NCBI GenBank assembly: GCA_016840465.1
Contig: JAEOSH010000020.1
Span: 1 to 30,560, forward strand
DNA: 30,560 bases
Reading direction: 5' to 3'
Origin: Candidatus Baldrarchaeum yapensis
GTDB taxonomy: Archaea > Asgardarchaeota > Baldrarchaeia > Baldrarchaeales > Baldrarchaeaceae
Shown: one piece after another, positions 26,526-30,560 of the stretch
Layout: each line of letters begins with the position of its first letter
Position numbering within the stretch: position 1 is the first letter of the stretch
Program-made: the position numbers and the translations under genes
The notes under the pieces: generated by a model
What the model was told of the DNA's origin: nothing
The model's input: the letters and a program-made list of their open reading frames with translations, nothing else
Databases searched by the model: none

Positions 26526-27383
26526 TTACTCTACTTTGAGAACGATCATCAGTCCTGCAACGATGATCATCATGCCGCCTACTATGGTGTACATGGACGG
26601 TATCTGGGCGAGGAAGATATACGCGAATATCGTAGCAAACACGGGATCCAGATATGAAAGGACAGATGCTGTCCGCATCGGTATGCGGGTGAGGGCATCG
26701 TACCATATCCTCAAAGCGAGGGCGGTGTGCACGACGCCGACGACTACAACTATTAATGCTACGATTTCATTCATCGAGTAGTTCCATAGGACGGCAAAGG
26801 GGAACAATAAGAACAGCGATATGACCGCCTGATACAAAACAACCACTTCGGGCTCGTGTTCCTTCGCGGCTAGTTTGCTTGTGACCGCCAGACCGCCGTA
26901 TGCCACTCCCGACAGTATACCGAAGATGAAACCCGGAATCGTGAGCGAGGAGAAGCCCTGAAGGACCATCAGAAAGATTCCGCTGACGGTCATGAATACT
27001 GGGATGACGACCCAGGCGGGCACCTTCTCCTTCAGCGCTACTGGAGATAAAACTATTGCGACCACGGGTCCGGTGTAGTAAAGCATCACCGCATTCGCGA
27101 TTGCTGTGAACTGCACCGCGTAGAACAGAAACACCCAATTCAGGGTCAGCAGGACGCCGGAAACAATAACATACTTCTTATTTCCCGAGACCTTCAGCGC
27201 ACCGACACCTTTTCCAACAATTATCATTGCCGCAATTGCTGGCGCCGCAACTAGCACTCGGAAGAACACAAATACTGGTGATGGGAGACCACTCCATATT
27301 GCAAATAGCGTGATTGATCCCCATATCATCGTTACAACGAGCATTTCGAAAACTCCCAGCAGGTAATCGCGGCACGCGTACAT
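26526..27383 (-). CDS. DMT/EamA family transporter
   Basis: About 10 hydrophobic segments in two EamA repeats (IWGS..F, LFYAV..T.IANA.ML.YTGP, S.LSYLDPVFA). ATG 27383 preferred over TTG 27431. Confidence 0.9.
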   Translation of the reverse strand: MYACRDYLLGVFEMLVVTMIWGSITLFAIWSGLPSPVFVFFRVLVAAPAIAAMIIVGKGVGALKVSGNKKYVIVSGVLLTLNWVFLFYAVQFTAIANAVMLYYTGPVVAIVLSPVALKEKVPAWVVIPVFMTVSGIFLMVLQGFSSLTIPGFIFGILSGVAYGGLAVTSKLAAKEHEPEVVVLYQAVISLFLLFPFAVLWNYSMNEIVALIVVVVGVVHTALALRIWYDALTRIPMRTASVLSYLDPVFATIFAYIFLAQIPSMYTIVGGMMIIVAGLMIVLKVE

Positions 27384-27518
27384 GACGCCATCCTTCCTGC
27401 CATCTGACGTAATTGACAGCACCGACCTCAAATTGTTCTACTCAGCAAAGATACCAGCACGAATCCTTGATATGGATGTACACCCTAAGGATATTTGATG
27501 GTGACCAAGGTGTAGGCC

Positions 27519-29321
27519 ATGGCTTCTAAGGATGATCGCATCTCGAAGAAAGTCCGCAAGGTCCTAGAACTCTTTCCTTACAAGATAGAATACGAGGTGC
27601 GCGATGGTATCGTGTTCCTGCGCGGCAGGGTCAGAAGTTATGACGAGTACTTGGAAATAGGGCTGAATGTGGGAGCCATAAAGGGAGTGGAGGGGGTCGT
27701 AAACGACATAGAGTGGGACGGAATGCCCAAGGAGAAGATCGAGGCGGAGCGCAGAAGGCGTGCCGAGTTGGCGGAGAGGGCTAAGAGCACAGTCTTGGGG
27801 GAGTACGACGTTGTGGTAATAGGCGCGGGCGTCATAGGGTCCATGATTGCCAGGGAACTTTCCAAGTACAAGCTAAAGGTCGCATTGGTTGAAAAGAACG
27901 CGGACGTTGCTCAAGGGGTGACGAAGGCAAACAACGGACTGATACACTCGGGGCTTGAGGAACCCCTCGGGAAGCTAAAGACGAAGTTGTGCGTTGAGGG
28001 AAACAAGATGTACGACGACATCGCCAGAGAGTTGAACGTAAAGTTCAGGAGAATCGGGGGTCTATGGCTCATAACCCCGAGGACTCTTCCCAAACTTAGA
28101 GAAAAGCTTCCCGGCTTCCTGTACACGTTCGTCTTGAAGTACATCCTGCCCACACTCGTTAAGTTGAAGGCGCTGGTTCTGAGGGTCCCGGGGGTTAAGA
28201 TCATCAGGAGCCGCAAGGAGATACTGGAAATGGAGCCGAACGTTACCAAGGACGTGGTGGCGGCGGTCTACGTTCCCACAATAGGAATTATCGACCCATA
28301 CGAGTTGGCGATAGCGCTAGTAGAGAACGCGGTTGAGAACGGGGTGCACACGTTCTTTGAGACCGAAGTTATAGGTTTCGAGAAGGAGAATGGAAGGATA
28401 ACCTCAGTGATAACGGATAAGGGCGTTTTGAAAACAAAATTCGTGATAAATGCAGCTGGCTTGTACGCGGATGATGTGGCGGAACTCGCCGGGGCTAGAG
28501 AGTACACAATTCATCCGCGGAGGGGCGCGATCATACTCTTTGACAAGACCCTCTCGGGTTACGTTTCTCATGAAATTGCCGAAATAGAACTTCCACGCCC
28601 GGAGAGGACAAAGGGCGGTGGGATAAATCCGACGCTCAGCGGGAACATCATCTGGGGACCGACCGCCGAGGAGGTCATCGATAAGGAGGATAACTCCGTG
28701 AGCAGTGAGGATATAAACCTACTGTTGGAGAAGTTCGGGAGGGCGGTGCCCGACTTTCCGAGAAAGATAATAAGGTACTTTGCCGGAGTAAGACCCGCAA
28801 CCTTCACCGAGGACTTCATAATAAGACCCGCGAAGTGGGTTAAGGGGTTCATACACGTGGCGGGAATCCAATCTCCGGGACTTGCAGCCGCACCGGCGAT
28901 AACAAAGCGCGTCATCGAGATACTGAGGGAGGAGGGGCTCGAACTTGTCCCCAAGGAGAACTTTAAGAGCAACAGGGAACCGATGAAGAGGTTCAGCGAA
29001 CTTTCAGTGGAAGAACGTGAAAAGCTGATAAGAGAGGATCCGAGGTGGGGGAGGATAGTGTGCCACTGTGAGATGGTGACGGAGGCCGAGATAGTGGAGG
29101 CCATCAGGCGTATGAGGAAAATAGGTGTGAAAACGATAACCCTCGATGGGATAAAGTTCAGAACGAGGGCGATGATGGGGAGGTGCCAGGGCTCATTCTG
29201 CCGTATAAGGGTGGCATTGGTGGTTGCGCGGGAGTGCGGCGTTCCGGTGTGGGAGGTCACGGTGAGGGGGAAGGGCTCGGAAATCTGTGTTGGGGATATA
29301 AAGTCGCTGATGAGGACGTGA
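27519..29321 (+). CDS. BON-domain-fused FAD-dependent oxidoreductase with C-terminal BFD-like [2Fe-2S] domain (GlpA/glycerol-3-phosphate dehydrogenase-like)
   Basis: N-terminal BON pattern (V.V.DG.V.L.G.V......A...V.GV..V.N.I). FAD-binding IGAGVIG, TKANNG.IHSG, INAAGLYAD, GIQSPGL.AAPA, then VCHCE.VT...RTRAMMGRCQGSFC. Confidence 0.85.
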   Translation: MASKDDRISKKVRKVLELFPYKIEYEVRDGIVFLRGRVRSYDEYLEIGLNVGAIKGVEGVVNDIEWDGMPKEKIEAERRRRAELAERAKSTVLGEYDVVVIGAGVIGSMIARELSKYKLKVALVEKNADVAQGVTKANNGLIHSGLEEPLGKLKTKLCVEGNKMYDDIARELNVKFRRIGGLWLITPRTLPKLREKLPGFLYTFVLKYILPTLVKLKALVLRVPGVKIIRSRKEILEMEPNVTKDVVAAVYVPTIGIIDPYELAIALVENAVENGVHTFFETEVIGFEKENGRITSVITDKGVLKTKFVINAAGLYADDVAELAGAREYTIHPRRGAIILFDKTLSGYVSHEIAEIELPRPERTKGGGINPTLSGNIIWGPTAEEVIDKEDNSVSSEDINLLLEKFGRAVPDFPRKIIRYFAGVRPATFTEDFIIRPAKWVKGFIHVAGIQSPGLAAAPAITKRVIEILREEGLELVPKENFKSNREPMKRFSELSVEEREKLIREDPRWGRIVCHCEMVTEAEIVEAIRRMRKIGVKTITLDGIKFRTRAMMGRCQGSFCRIRVALVVARECGVPVWEVTVRGKGSEICVGDIKSLMRT

Positions 29322-29332
29322 GGTGATGGAAA

Positions 29333-30560
29333 ATGGTGAGAGAGGAGCAATATGATCTGGTGATAATTGGGGGAGGAGCAGCGGGGTTAGCGGCGGCCGT
29401 TAAAGCGAAGACTCTGGGGATAGAGAGGGTTGCTCTCATAGACAACCCTCCATACGTTGGCAAATTGCTAGGAGGCATACTGCCTCAGTGCATACACCCC
29501 GGTTTTGGAATCCACTATTTCAAAGAGGAGTTGACGGGGCCGGAGTTCGCAGCAAGACTGATAGATCAAGTTCTCGATCTCGACGTGGAGGTGCTTCCCG
29601 AAACCTTTGTTGCGGAGCTGAAGTGCTCAAATGGCGTTTGTGAAGTCATGACAATTTCACCAAGGGGAATAGCGAAGTTTACCGGGAAAGCGCTGATATA
29701 TGCTGCGGGAGCGCGCGAGCGCAGCATATTTGAGATAAATGTTACCGGTTACAGACCGGCGGGTGTGTTTACCGCGGGTGAGACTCAGGCGCTCATGGAT
29801 CTCTTCGGGGTCATGCCAGGCAGGGAAATAGTCATAATAGGCTCGGGGGACGTGGGACTGATAATGGCCAGAAGGTTCGCGCTGGAGGGGGCAAAGGTCA
29901 AGGCGGTCGTGGAACTTATGCCGTGGCCCGGCGGATTGACCAGAAACATTGTACAGTGTCTGGAGGACTTCAACATACCATTGCTACTGAGCCATATGGT
30001 GACGAAGATCCTAGGAACCGCACGGGTGGAGGGCGTGGAGGTAGTTAAAGTGGATGAGAACCTTAGGCCTATTCCCGGCACGGAGAAGGTAATAGAGTGC
30101 GATACTGTGGTTGTAGCGGCCGGAATAATACCGAGGATTGAGCTTTTGGAAGATGCGGGTGCATTGATAGACCCAGCGACAAGGGGTCCGATAGTTAATG
30201 ATTATCTTGAAACAACATTGCCCAACGTGTTTGCTGCCGGGAATGCGCTTGTCATAAACGATTTAGTGGACTATGCCGCAGAACAGGGAGAGTGGGCCGC
30301 TGAGAGTGCGTCCTTCGTTATCAACGGAGGGGTTATACCTCGCGAGGGAATCAAACGTGTAGAGTTGGGGAGAAACGTGAGGTTGGCGGTTCCTCAATTT
30401 CTAACCGGGCAAAGGGATACGTATCTGTACATTAGGGTGAGGAGGCCGGAGGAGGATGTGCGGCTGGTGATTCCTGAAATCGATAAGGAAATGAAATTGC
30501 GCAAGGTCAGACCCGCCGAGATGATAAGGTTGCGTCTGAAGCGGGATGAGATTTCGCGCG
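29333..30560 (+). CDS. NAD(P)/FAD-dependent pyridine nucleotide-disulfide oxidoreductase-family partner subunit (3'-truncated by the window edge)
   Basis: Absent from the track because it has no stop in the window. Reads MVREEQYDLVIIGGGAAGLAAA...GGILPQCIHPGFG..YFKEELTGPE...GARER...RPAGVFTAG...IIGSGDVGLIMARR; this type is typically encoded after GlpA-like genes. Confidence 0.88.
   Translation, partial: MVREEQYDLVIIGGGAAGLAAAVKAKTLGIERVALIDNPPYVGKLLGGILPQCIHPGFGIHYFKEELTGPEFAARLIDQVLDLDVEVLPETFVAELKCSNGVCEVMTISPRGIAKFTGKALIYAAGARERSIFEINVTGYRPAGVFTAGETQALMDLFGVMPGREIVIIGSGDVGLIMARRFALEGAKVKAVVELMPWPGGLTRNIVQCLEDFNIPLLLSHMVTKILGTARVEGVEVVKVDENLRPIPGTEKVIECDTVVVAAGIIPRIELLEDAGALIDPATRGPIVNDYLETTLPNVFAAGNALVINDLVDYAAEQGEWAAESASFVINGGVIPREGIKRVELGRNVRLAVPQFLTGQRDTYLYIRVRRPEEDVRLVIPEIDKEMKLRKVRPAEMIRLRLKRDEISR

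Noticed and set aside
28568-29350. 260-aa minus-strand ORF and other antisense ORFs within long genes (e.g. 3023..3535, 18335..18832, 17255..17695)
   Set aside because: They lie opposite well-supported CDSs and show Ser/Pro/Phe-rich shadow composition with no motifs.
1-30560. CRISPR arrays, tRNA/rRNA genes, IS elements or integrases
   Set aside because: No regularly spaced repeats, cloverleaf or rRNA-like segments, transposase or recombinase motifs were recognised by eye; tRNAscan-SE, Infernal and ISEScan runs would be needed to exclude them formally.

Overview
Archaeal chromosomal window, probably from an anaerobic thermophilic heterotroph. The basis is GGTGA/GGAGG ribosome-binding sites, frequent GTG/TTG starts, IorAB, PaREP1, stand-alone V4R proteins and E/K-rich proteins; the lineage cannot be fixed from sequence alone. 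Four blocks dominate. (1) Lipid/acyl-CoA catabolism genes: three SCP2 lipid carriers (one with a ~70-aa insertion, one pseudogene), two acyl-CoA dehydrogenases, one intact and one decayed acyl-CoA ligase, a FabK/nitronate monooxygenase-family flavoprotein, an acetoacetate-decarboxylase-family protein, EtfBA and an MBL hydrolase. A tandem pair of stand-alone V4R genes lies between an SCP2 gene and the intact ligase. (2) A tightly packed six-gene redox operon on the minus strand: metV, degenerate metF-like, iorA, iorB, CCG Fe-S protein, LUD/LutB-like. It is transcribed divergently from a Glu/Leu/Phe/Val dehydrogenase lacking the glutamate-specificity residues. (3) A BON-domain-fused GlpA-like FAD/[2Fe-2S] oxidoreductase and its pyridine-nucleotide oxidoreductase partner, which runs off the window end. 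(4) Interspersed toxin-antitoxin-type modules: intact AbiEi/AbiEii and VapBC, plus decayed MNT-HEPN, PaREP1 and RHH genes. The leading candidates for undescribed systems are the MetV/pseudo-MetF-IorAB-CCG-LUD operon and the SCP2 / V4R-V4R / acyl-CoA ligase module. No tRNA, rRNA, CRISPR array or transposase was recognised. All alignments and motif comparisons were done by eye; no database searches were run.
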